A program made the translations under genes and the position numbers. Below, piece by piece: positions 16,201 through 22,386 of a DNA stretch of 24,565 nucleotides. Under the pieces are notes generated by a model. The model saw only the letters and a program-made list of their open reading frames with translations. It was not told the DNA's origin and made no database searches. The number at the start of each line of letters is the position of its first letter. Position 1 is the first letter of the stretch. The stretch comes from a virus (Duplodnaviria; Caudoviricetes), in IMG/VR virus record IMGVR_UViG_3300007346_000223, positions 1-24,565 of that record. One strand, written 5' to 3'.

Positions 16201-18166
16201 AAACTCTTACAGATTCTCCATCGAAGAAATTATGATCTTCTGTGAGTGTAATTATATTATTAGTAATGCTATTGATTCCCGTAGGACTTTGACCAACTAC
16301 GGATACTTTATTTGCAGTTATATCAGACGTTGAGTGTGAAGGGACCGGCATTGTAATACGTGCCGAAAACTCACTTGTAATTCCTGAAACTGTTAGAAGT
16401 GCTTTGAGTCTATCGCTAGCATTTGAACCAATAGAAAATCCCTGAATGATATTTTCTGGTGCAACGTCTGGATTTGTTTCGTTGAACAGATATAAGTGTC
16501 CAGATAAACCTACACCAACAGTTCTAGATACGTCAATCGATGTAAACTCAATATTGATTGGATTATTAGGTTCAATAAACTTTGGCGGAATGATGTGAGT
16601 AATATTTCCGAGGTCATCTTGTGGGAATGCTGTGTTCCTATAACCTCTTGAAATCAGTGCTTTTGCACCAAAGTTAGAGTTTGAGTTTGTAACTGATTGG
16701 TCTCCACCAGATTCTGCAACGAAGTGCTCGGCATATCCAATCGCAAAGACAGAAACTAGTTGAAGGATTGCATTATTACTACATCTGATGTGGAAGTTTT
16801 CAAATTCTGGTTTGTAAACTGCTCTGGAATCTGTGTGGAGATTTTCATTTCCAGGAACATTTCTATCTTCGTATTGTCCAGTTATAGAGTTATACTTTAC
16901 AAAAGCATCATCATCTTTTTGAAGACCAATTCCAGTGAATTGAGCTACAACCATGGATTTAAATCCACTTGCTCTTCCTCCATCAGCATCAAGTCCACAC
17001 ATACCAAAGACAGATCTCAATGAGATATTAAAGATATATGGTGACGCAGAAGTAACAGTATCAACGCTAATGTTTAAAGTTGCACCAGAAACTGATGGAA
17101 GTGGATTGATTGGAGCACTCTGAACACGATATTTAATTTCAGTTGAACTAACTACATCTCTAACAACAAATTGACCATCATATCCAGTTGAACCAACTCC
17201 TTCAATGCGAATTGGAGTATCAACATCAAGACTAGAAACACTTCTAGCAAGAGTTGCAGTAATTTCATTGCTGGTGATAACACCATCACCTGCCTTAATA
17301 CTTGTAATTCCAACTTCTTCACCAAGAGATCCAACGATTCTAAATTCGTCAACCTTTGCTTGAATGTCTACCTGAGATGATGGGAAATCTGGAGAAATGG
17401 GACGACCACTTGCTATACCATATGCAACACCAACCTTCTCATAATACATATCAAGATCAGTTCTTTCACTAGAATATGTTAAGAAGGTATCTTTAATATC
17501 AACAGCATTTACACCATCAGCATACTCAAAGCATGTTAATTTGTGGTGGGAATAGTTTGGAACGAACTCATTTGACGCATAATCACCATACACAAGTCCA
17601 TTTGGATCGCCATCAAATATAGAAAACTGCCAGAGATAGGTTGTTCCGGTCAGACGGAAGATTGCAGTTCTTTTAATATTAGAATTATTTGATTTTGGAA
17701 CATATAATGGTCTAATTCTTGTCTTTCTTAAATCATAACCAACAATGGATGTTCCCCTTGGAACAATAACTCCACCATGTATGCTATTGAATTTATAAAG
17801 AATATTATCTTTTGAATTTAAACTAAGTTTACTCTTATTATCTAACTCTAATGACTCATTTTTCTGCAAACCAGATCTTTCAAAGTATTGATTTGCTCCC
17901 GTAGGAATGTATCCAGGACGATTATCTACGTAATGGTCTCCTGGATACAAGAAAATGGTGGTCTTACTAAACCTATCATTTTCTTCACCAGATTGATAAG
18001 AGAATCTTGCTGCTTCAAGCAATGCTCTCTGAATCGTTCTAAAAGGTTTTGCAAGTGAATTACCTTGGTTCTCTATGCTATCTGTTGCATCTCTATCGCT
18101 AGGATTAACATAAAGAATGACACCACGATTATTCTTAAGAAAATTATCCAGTCTACTAAGACCCAT
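13289..18166 (-). CDS. Large virion structural protein (1625 aa), cyanomyovirus type
   Basis: N-terminal MGLSRLDNFLKN..G.ILYVNP.D.DATDSIENQGNSL.KPF.TIQRAL.EAARFSY and C-terminal RRNS.IRASGHTFEYVGFGPGNYST..P resemble, from recall, conserved cyanophage structural proteins. Preceded by a late promoter. Confidence 0.85.
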   Translation of the reverse strand: MGLSRLDNFLKNNRGVILYVNPSDRDATDSIENQGNSLAKPFRTIQRALLEAARFSYQSGEENDRFSKTTIFLYPGDHYVDNRPGYIPTGANQYFERSGLQKNESLELDNKSKLSLNSKDNILYKFNSIHGGVIVPRGTSIVGYDLRKTRIRPLYVPKSNNSNIKRTAIFRLTGTTYLWQFSIFDGDPNGLVYGDYASNEFVPNYSHHKLTCFEYADGVNAVDIKDTFLTYSSERTDLDMYYEKVGVAYGIASGRPISPDFPSSQVDIQAKVDEFRIVGSLGEEVGITSIKAGDGVITSNEITATLARSVSSLDVDTPIRIEGVGSTGYDGQFVVRDVVSSTEIKYRVQSAPINPLPSVSGATLNISVDTVTSASPYIFNISLRSVFGMCGLDADGGRASGFKSMVVAQFTGIGLQKDDDAFVKYNSITGQYEDRNVPGNENLHTDSRAVYKPEFENFHIRCSNNAILQLVSVFAIGYAEHFVAESGGDQSVTNSNSNFGAKALISRGYRNTAFPQDDLGNITHIIPPKFIEPNNPINIEFTSIDVSRTVGVGLSGHLYLFNETNPDVAPENIIQGFSIGSNASDRLKALLTVSGITSEFSARITMPVPSHSTSDITANKVSVVGQSPTGINSITNNIITLTEDHNFFDGESVRVYSNTGQIPDGLKNNKIYHVIASGSGITSTSQIKLAANLNDAFAGASVTYNNSGGTIEIVSRVVDKRPGELGHPVQFDTTFNQWYINTSTEESDTLYPRIASAGVSGIGAATPRTFFTRIQDNRNAIDSVYRIRYVIPKEAVNARPPIDGFVLQDSSNTSGFTTSIIQKYFPDTTATLSDPTEIRKFNFIAGADWSLGTANIETEIPHYLQIGAYVELKNIKSTNNTVGAGASGFNGIYPVVGISSAKHFSVGITTDPGTFTNNTSQRDTNLPRFIQKDYKETFSIYRSKQFKEYIEGQQDGVYHILLINNSNRPKAAPFTGLKFSQPIINFYPQLDKDNANSDPKSSVSFALPNPIGEVVISDPRDSVSREALDKGLQAIGVGAGITDIVSTSTTSHTIYYKNEHRLNRVEKVGIVSAGANYGSGGGTEYFYNAKLVAIGNSVTGKHATAKIKVGTGGTIASVEIMDGGSAYGIGNTLAIVGVTTSANHVVGVVSVTSIYSNENSLVSLAGIPIKAFDGYNNNYRVVGVTTGDTTRVDVKSFEDIPAAALNPTGLGPAATAFASAYVNDQAIPVSSIEYDPSVGIATVTTTISHGYQVGNGIEIAGANESVYNQRVPIGEIKSLNTFSVNLGIGNYAPPLTGEVYAVTDALNIRANGGNLTEENENIGGRLTPPYGDIRTTLSVSIGNMTDDNISVTNSDNINFQIGDYLLIDDEIVRIKRSVIPGDSLRVFRGVLGTRRKMHVNGSVVKRIRVLPIELRRNSFIRASGHTFEYVGFGPGNYSTSIPSKQNRSLNVREKFLAQSSKENGGLVVYTGMNDAGEFYIGNKRVSSATGKEEVVDAPIPTITGQDVGQDDINTGFDVLTPLQANITRSIRVEGGPSNDIVSEFDGPVLFNEKITSTSMKGVQVSSLLIQGEQTISRKYTVGIATPTNAGTVGDVVFNVTPENGGTIGWVYTTGNEWKSFGNISH

Positions 18167-18194
18167 GATACTTTAACACTACATTCCGTTGGAT

Positions 18195-18202
18195 TATTTA
18201 TG
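18195..18202 (-). promoter_or_regulatory. T4-type late promoter (CATAAATA)
   Basis: 28 nt upstream of the 1625-aa start. Confidence 0.6.
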
Positions 18203-18205
18203 TTC

Positions 18206-18295
18206 TTAATGAATCGTGGATAAAATAATCTCGGTATAAACTTCAACCGTAGAAATAGCAGTTAGAGTAACAAGGAATAGAATAAAATTTTTCAT
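18206..18295 (-). CDS. Putative 29-aa hydrophobic peptide (MKNFILFLVTLTAISTVEVYTEIILSTIH)
   Basis: Translated by hand. Its ATG overlaps the stop of the upstream mini-ORF (ATGA at 18292-18295). Confidence 0.4.
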   Translation of the reverse strand: MKNFILFLVTLTAISTVEVYTEIILSTIH

Positions 18296-18378
18296 TCTAG
18301 ATCAGTGGATAGCGAATGTATAATGAATACAATAAACATGATAAAAGCTATGAACAGAGTTGTGTTAGAACATCTCAT
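18292..18378 (-). CDS. Putative 28-aa single-TM peptide (MRCSNTTLFIAFIMFIVFIIHSLSTDLE)
   Basis: Translated by hand. Strongly hydrophobic core, with TATAAT at 18393-18398 just upstream. Confidence 0.4.
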   Translation of the reverse strand: MRCSNTTLFIAFIMFIVFIIHSLSTDLE

Positions 18379-18437
18379 TGTTCTACTTGTAGATTATACA
18401 CTATCTATAAAAAAATAAGTAAAACTACCTATAAATG

Positions 18438-18611
18438 TTAGCATTTACTCATAAGATATTCTACCGTATTTGCGATATCTTCCATTGCTGGACGAAGTTC
18501 TTCTCTCTGCCCAGAATGTTGTTCTAGTTTTGTTTTTCCATTATCAAATTGTTCACAGAGAGTCCATCTCCACTGACCCATATTTTTAGAGTACCAAAGA
18601 TTAATTTTCAT
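18438..18611 (-). CDS. 57-aa hypothetical phage protein (MKINLWYSKNMGQWRWTL...DIANTVEYLMSKC)
   Basis: Translated by hand (below the track cutoff). ATGA overlap with the upstream 64-aa gene. Resembles, from recall, a small cyanophage protein family. Confidence 0.75.
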   Translation of the reverse strand: MKINLWYSKNMGQWRWTLCEQFDNGKTKLEQHSGQREELRPAMEDIANTVEYLMSKC

Positions 18612-18802
18612 TTAATACCCAACTCCTTATAGATCTCCCCTTTAACTTGATCTTTCAACTTGCTAGACATTTGTTTGAGTTTTGCCTGCTGGGTTACGTT
18701 ATCTCGGTCTTGAACTTCCATCGCCCTTTTCTTATCACCAACAGCAGCAATCTGCTCTCTTCTTTTATCGATGTCTTCTTTAAAATGATTGAAAGTTTTC
18801 AT
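18608..18802 (-). CDS. 64-aa hypothetical protein with an MKTFxxFxE N-terminus
   Basis: MKTF..F.E leaders are common in T4-like late small proteins. A late promoter AATAAATA lies at 18816-18823. Confidence 0.75.
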   Translation of the reverse strand: MKTFNHFKEDIDKRREQIAAVGDKKRAMEVQDRDNVTQQAKLKQMSSKLKDQVKGEIYKELGIK

Positions 18803-18830
18803 AATACTTTCTGACTATTTATTTTTTTAA

Positions 18831-18904
18831 AGCCCCCAGCGAGGATTTGCACCCGCGACTGCCGCTTACAAGGCGGCTGTTTTAACTACTACAACTATGG
18901 GGGC
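18831..18904 (-). tRNA. trnT: tRNA-Thr(UGU) with atypical D and T arms
   Basis: GCCCCCA/TGGGGGC acceptor stem, anticodon arm GCCGC-CTTGTAA-GCGGC, T arm GCGGG-TGCAAAT-CCTCGC. No encoded CCA. Confidence 0.9.
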
Positions 18905-18912
18905 GGTAGATT

Positions 18913-18945
18913 TATTTATTATAACATAAACAAATTATTTGTCAA
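18913..18945 (-). promoter_or_regulatory. Composite sigma70-like plus late promoter for tRNA-Thr
   Basis: TTGACA (18940-18945), 16-nt spacer, TATAAT (18918-18923), overlapped by AATAAATA (18913-18920). The -35 box lies in the last codons of the HNH gene. Confidence 0.75.
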
Positions 18946-19531
18946 TAGACCTGTAATAATCTTGTTTTGCCTTCTCTCTTCTTGCTACCCTACCATTCCC
19001 CTTATTTTTTGCTTTATATGTGGGGGTTTGAGAATGGCAATTTGGACATAGGAGAGAAAGATTGTCTTCTTGATTATTATATGCATTACCATCAATGTGT
19101 TCTAGTTCCAGAACTATTGGTTTATTCATCCAATCAACTATACCGCAGTTCCAACATCCACTCTTCTTTTCTGATAGATATCTTTTAACTAAGGATTTTC
19201 CCGGATATATTCCAGTCTCTTTCCATAAAGATAAATTAACTTCATTTTTATGTGCGTGCTGACACTTTGTGCTACAATATGTAGATTTTTTTGATTTGCA
19301 TTCTACTCCACAGACTATACAATTCGGTTTTGCTGCTGCTCTTCTTTTATTGCTATAAGATACAGAGCAACTTGAACTACAAAAAACATTTGTATTTCTT
19401 TTTTCGTAAGGAATCGGACTACCACACTCTTTACAATGCTTTGGGGAAGTTAAATACTTTTTAATATTTTTTTGTCTTTCATTTCTTCCCCACTCCTCCA
19501 TTGCCTCTTTATGACTATTAGATGTGCCCAT
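18935..19531 (-). CDS. HNH endonuclease with N-terminal Cys-rich zinc-binding repeats (probable free-standing homing endonuclease)
   Basis: CKECG/FCSSSC and CIVCG/YCSTKC pairs. C-terminal CWNCG...LELEHIDGNAYNN..NL.LLCPNCH HNH motif. Likely ATG at 19531. Confidence 0.9.
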   Translation of the reverse strand: MGTSNSHKEAMEEWGRNERQKNIKKYLTSPKHCKECGSPIPYEKRNTNVFCSSSCSVSYSNKRRAAAKPNCIVCGVECKSKKSTYCSTKCQHAHKNEVNLSLWKETGIYPGKSLVKRYLSEKKSGCWNCGIVDWMNKPIVLELEHIDGNAYNNQEDNLSLLCPNCHSQTPTYKAKNKGNGRVARREKAKQDYYRSIDK

Positions 19532-19554
19532 TGTATATATCAAGTGCTTATTAT

Positions 19555-19562
19555 TATTTATA
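19555..19562 (-). promoter_or_regulatory. T4-type late promoter (perfect TATAAATA) for the HNH gene
   Basis: Exact consensus in the short intergenic gap. Confidence 0.75.
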
Positions 19563-19570
19563 ATACAGCT

Positions 19571-19849
19571 CTAATCTTTTGGCAACAGTTCTGGATTCTC
19601 TAAATCTAATTCGTTAAAGCAGGGGTGACAGTCCTCTAGCATTAAGTAAACTGATGAGTGGTATATGTCTTCATCCGTCCATATTTTCTTATGTTCCGCG
19701 ATCTCTTGAATTATATCGGGTTCAAGTTCATCCTCTGGAGGTAGGGTATCGATTGTATAAGGATACCCATTGATTGCATACATTAAAACTGGAAATTGAA
19801 TCCCTTCGGATTGGTAGAGGCAATAGAATTGTTCTAGTCTGAACTTCAT
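19571..19849 (-). CDS. Acidic hypothetical phage protein, 92 aa
   Basis: ATG with a GGAAAGGAG RBS and a CTAAATA late-promoter variant at 19870-19876. Confidence 0.8.
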   Translation of the reverse strand: MKFRLEQFYCLYQSEGIQFPVLMYAINGYPYTIDTLPPEDELEPDIIQEIAEHKKIWTDEDIYHSSVYLMLEDCHPCFNELDLENPELLPKD

Positions 19850-19912
19850 CGCTCCTTTCCATTTTTAGTTATTTAGATTTGTTTTTACCACAATAAGTTT
19901 GAACCCGTAAGG

Positions 19913-19993
19913 TGCCGGTGAAAGGACTCGAACCTTCACTCCGTACGGAATATGTTCCTAAGACATACGTGGCTACCATTACACCACACCGGC
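19913..19993 (-). tRNA. trnL: tRNA-Leu(UAG)
   Basis: GCCGGTG/CACCGGC acceptor stem, A73, anticodon arm TATGT-CTTAGGA-ACATA, long variable arm, GAAGG-TTCGAGT-CCTTT T arm. Followed by CCT rather than CCA. Confidence 0.95.
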
Positions 19994-20001
19994 ATACAGA
20001 T

Positions 20002-20030
20002 ACTATACTAAGTATCTGCCTTTATGTCAA
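20002..20030 (-). promoter_or_regulatory. Sigma70-like promoter for tRNA-Leu
   Basis: TTGACA, 17-nt spacer, TATAGT. The -35 box overlaps the TGA of the upstream gene. Confidence 0.7.
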
Positions 20031-20431
20031 CCTCCATCAACCTGACAACCGACCAATGCACCACCAACAATACCTAGAGGAATTGCCCAGATACGACCAT
20101 CTCCACGGGAAAGTGCAGCACCAGCACCACCACCAGCAATACCTCCGAGAATACTACCTTCAATGCATGAGTTATCATCTACATTGGATGAGTTTGTTCT
20201 GGGATGATATGTTGGTTGATTATACTTTTTATTTGGTCTTTGGCAGGGAATTTCTTTTTTCTTTGTAAACCTGCGAACATAACCAGGACTTTCTCTCGTG
20301 CCTGGGATATATTCTTCTCGATATACATCTTTGTAACATTTCACGTCTCTGGAATAACCAGAACGTCCTTTAGCAATAGCATTGCCTGGAAGTAGAAGAA
20401 TAGCCAGTAGTAGTAGGACTGATGTTTTCAT
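20027..20431 (-). CDS. Secreted/membrane protein with a signal peptide and C-terminal glycine zipper
   Basis: Hydrophobic N-terminus ending in AIA, plus GSILGGIAGGGAGAAL...LGIVGGALVG. Confidence 0.85.
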   Translation of the reverse strand: MKTSVLLLLAILLLPGNAIAKGRSGYSRDVKCYKDVYREEYIPGTRESPGYVRRFTKKKEIPCQRPNKKYNQPTYHPRTNSSNVDDNSCIEGSILGGIAGGGAGAALSRGDGRIWAIPLGIVGGALVGCQVDGG

Positions 20432-20658
20432 TTTTCAGAAACGATAGGGTTTGCATAGACTAGTTCATCTGTAAGGTAATCTCTACAGATCGTCAGCAGT
20501 TCCATAAAATGATCCACTGATTCACAATCTACGATTTGTTCTGTTCCCTCATTAGAGTACAAATAAAACCGACGAGATGATGTATCTACAACACATCTGG
20601 TCAAGTACTCTTCATCTTCGGATTGAATGTGGAGGAATTTTTTGTCTTTGTTGGACAT
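20428..20658 (-). CDS. Hypothetical phage protein, 76 aa
   Basis: ATG ORF with an ATGA overlap to the next gene, preceded by TATAAT at 20679-20684. Confidence 0.8.
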   Translation of the reverse strand: MSNKDKKFLHIQSEDEEYLTRCVVDTSSRRFYLYSNEGTEQIVDCESVDHFMELLTICRDYLTDELVYANPIVSEK

Positions 20659-20678
20659 TTTGTTTTTGCTACCTGATT

Positions 20679-20723
20679 ATTATAACCCACAAATGGGTGG
20701 AATGGGGAGTCAGTGTGCCAGTT
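20679..20723 (-). promoter_or_regulatory. Early-type promoter with an AACTGGCACAC box
   Basis: The minus strand reads AACTGGCACAC, 28 nt including an ACCCA/TGGGT hairpin, then TATAAT. Same architecture as 1345-1406. Confidence 0.55.
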
Positions 20724-20725
20724 CC

Positions 20726-21589
20726 TTAATAGGACCCACCATCAAAGTCTCCCTCAATAGTGATATCACCGATAAAGTTGGAAACATTAGCTGAGACACC
20801 TTCACCAATGAAGTTAATGGTTGAGACAAAACCAACTGGTGCATCTTCATATTGTACCAATATTGTATTGCCAGAACCAAAACCAGCACTGTCAGGATCA
20901 TTGTCATCAGCACTTGGAGGATCAGTGAAGAATCCACCATCGAAGTGTTCATCATATTCATCAACAATAATCTCTGCAATTTCATTGGCAACAACTACTG
21001 TGAGTCCTGTGCCCGTGAAGTTCATAGTTGTCACAATTCCAAGAGGTTCATCTTGGTGTTCAATAAACAGTGTACTGCCGCCACCAATAATATTATTCGT
21101 AATATTGGTTATTGATGTTATCTCATCAACGGTGATCGTTCCAATTTTATCAGTGACAGATGCTGAAATTCCATCACCTGTAAAGTTCAGGGTTGTAACA
21201 ATCCCGATAGGAATATTGTCATCTCGAATAAACAGTGAACTACCACCACCAACAGGATCACCACCACTACCTTCATTAGAAGGAAGAACTGTAAAGTCAT
21301 AAGAATCAAATGGACCTTCAGCAGTCTCACTAAAAATGTTTGTTACTGATGCTGAGATTGTATATGTTTCTGCGTCTACTAAATTGTCAAAGAATGTTGA
21401 TGCAATACCAACTACAGCAATATTGTCATTCATTTTCTCAATAAAAGTAAATCCCGCAAAGGAAACTATTACTGATTGAGTATTTTCAATAAGCGTGCTT
21501 TTGACATTTATTACTTGATCTGTGACTCTTTCATCAAACGATAAAACACGACCGAAACTTGGAGTAATAGTAATTGTTGGTTCGGCCAT
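20726..21589 (-). CDS. Acidic virion-associated protein with three copies of a ~35-aa module (287 aa)
   Basis: LFIRDDNIPIGIVTTLNFTG / LFIEHQDEPLGIVTTMNFTG / ILVQYEDAPVGFVSTINFIG. Ends in DFDGGSY. Late promoter AATAAATA at 21621-21628. Confidence 0.8.
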   Translation of the reverse strand: MAEPTITITPSFGRVLSFDERVTDQVINVKSTLIENTQSVIVSFAGFTFIEKMNDNIAVVGIASTFFDNLVDAETYTISASVTNIFSETAEGPFDSYDFTVLPSNEGSGGDPVGGGSSLFIRDDNIPIGIVTTLNFTGDGISASVTDKIGTITVDEITSITNITNNIIGGGSTLFIEHQDEPLGIVTTMNFTGTGLTVVVANEIAEIIVDEYDEHFDGGFFTDPPSADDNDPDSAGFGSGNTILVQYEDAPVGFVSTINFIGEGVSANVSNFIGDITIEGDFDGGSY

Positions 21590-21623
21590 GTTTTAACCAG
21601 AGATAGTCTGCACTTAACTTTAT

Positions 21624-22385
21624 TTATTTTGATTCCATGTTTTCTTTCACAGATTCTCTCACAGTTTCTTTGATAAGATTTTCCACATAATTATGCTCAT
21701 AATTGAAACTGAAACCTTCATTATCACCAGGATAATCTAGGTGTGATTTACCTTCATACTCTACTATCAAGTCATCATCATATCTTGAAGCATGAATGAC
21801 ATAGTTATATTCGATTTCGTTTATCTTATCTTTAAAAATAGTATCTACGTTTGATCCAATATAAACTTTATTATCTTCTATCTTTTGTATATAGAGAACA
21901 TAAGGATTACCAATTGGTGTTAAAACTACACTGATAGTCTCTTTCTTCACTAATCCTTTCCAGTAATCTGGAAGATTAATAACATTTCCTTTATTTTTTC
22001 CGTGCAAATAGACACCAATCTCTGGACCTTCAAGACAAACATGACGTAATCTCCATCCTGGTTTAGTGGGATGAATCATATCAAAAGGCAAATCCTTCTT
22101 TTTAGCAAGAATATTTCCAAAATCATCTTTAACGATTGGAGCACTGACCAGCTGATTGGATCTTACCGCACCACCAGCCACTACTGCTTCACCAGCAGTA
22201 AGAGATCCACTACAATTTATGTTTCCAGAAAAAGGACCACAAGATACAATATTATAGTTACCTCTTCCAGTAAAAATACCACAATCTGAAAATCCGGGTA
22301 CAAAAGCATCTGGTGGTTCTTTCCCATCACGTTGCTTACCCTCTTCTCCGTTTGGAATTGCATTAACAAATGGATTTTCTGCCAT
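21624..22385 (-). CDS. Tail/baseplate-associated protein with a C-terminal chaperone-like domain (paralogue 3)
   Basis: KKDLPFDMIHPTKPGWRLRHVCLEGPEIGVY.HG...LPDYWKGLV...LTPIG motif. Confidence 0.75.
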   Translation of the reverse strand: MAENPFVNAIPNGEEGKQRDGKEPPDAFVPGFSDCGIFTGRGNYNIVSCGPFSGNINCSGSLTAGEAVVAGGAVRSNQLVSAPIVKDDFGNILAKKKDLPFDMIHPTKPGWRLRHVCLEGPEIGVYLHGKNKGNVINLPDYWKGLVKKETISVVLTPIGNPYVLYIQKIEDNKVYIGSNVDTIFKDKINEIEYNYVIHASRYDDDLIVEYEGKSHLDYPGDNEGFSFNYEHNYVENLIKETVRESVKENMESK

Positions 22386-22386
22386 C

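Noticed and set aside
18905-19912. HNH gene as part of a group I intron in a tRNA
   Set aside because: Both tRNA genes are contiguous and complete, and there is no room for intron core structure around the ORF.
19912-20268. 118-aa plus-strand ORF with His/Gln runs
   Set aside because: It lies antisense to tRNA-Leu and the glycine-zipper gene, and the runs are the reverse complement of Gly/Ala codons.
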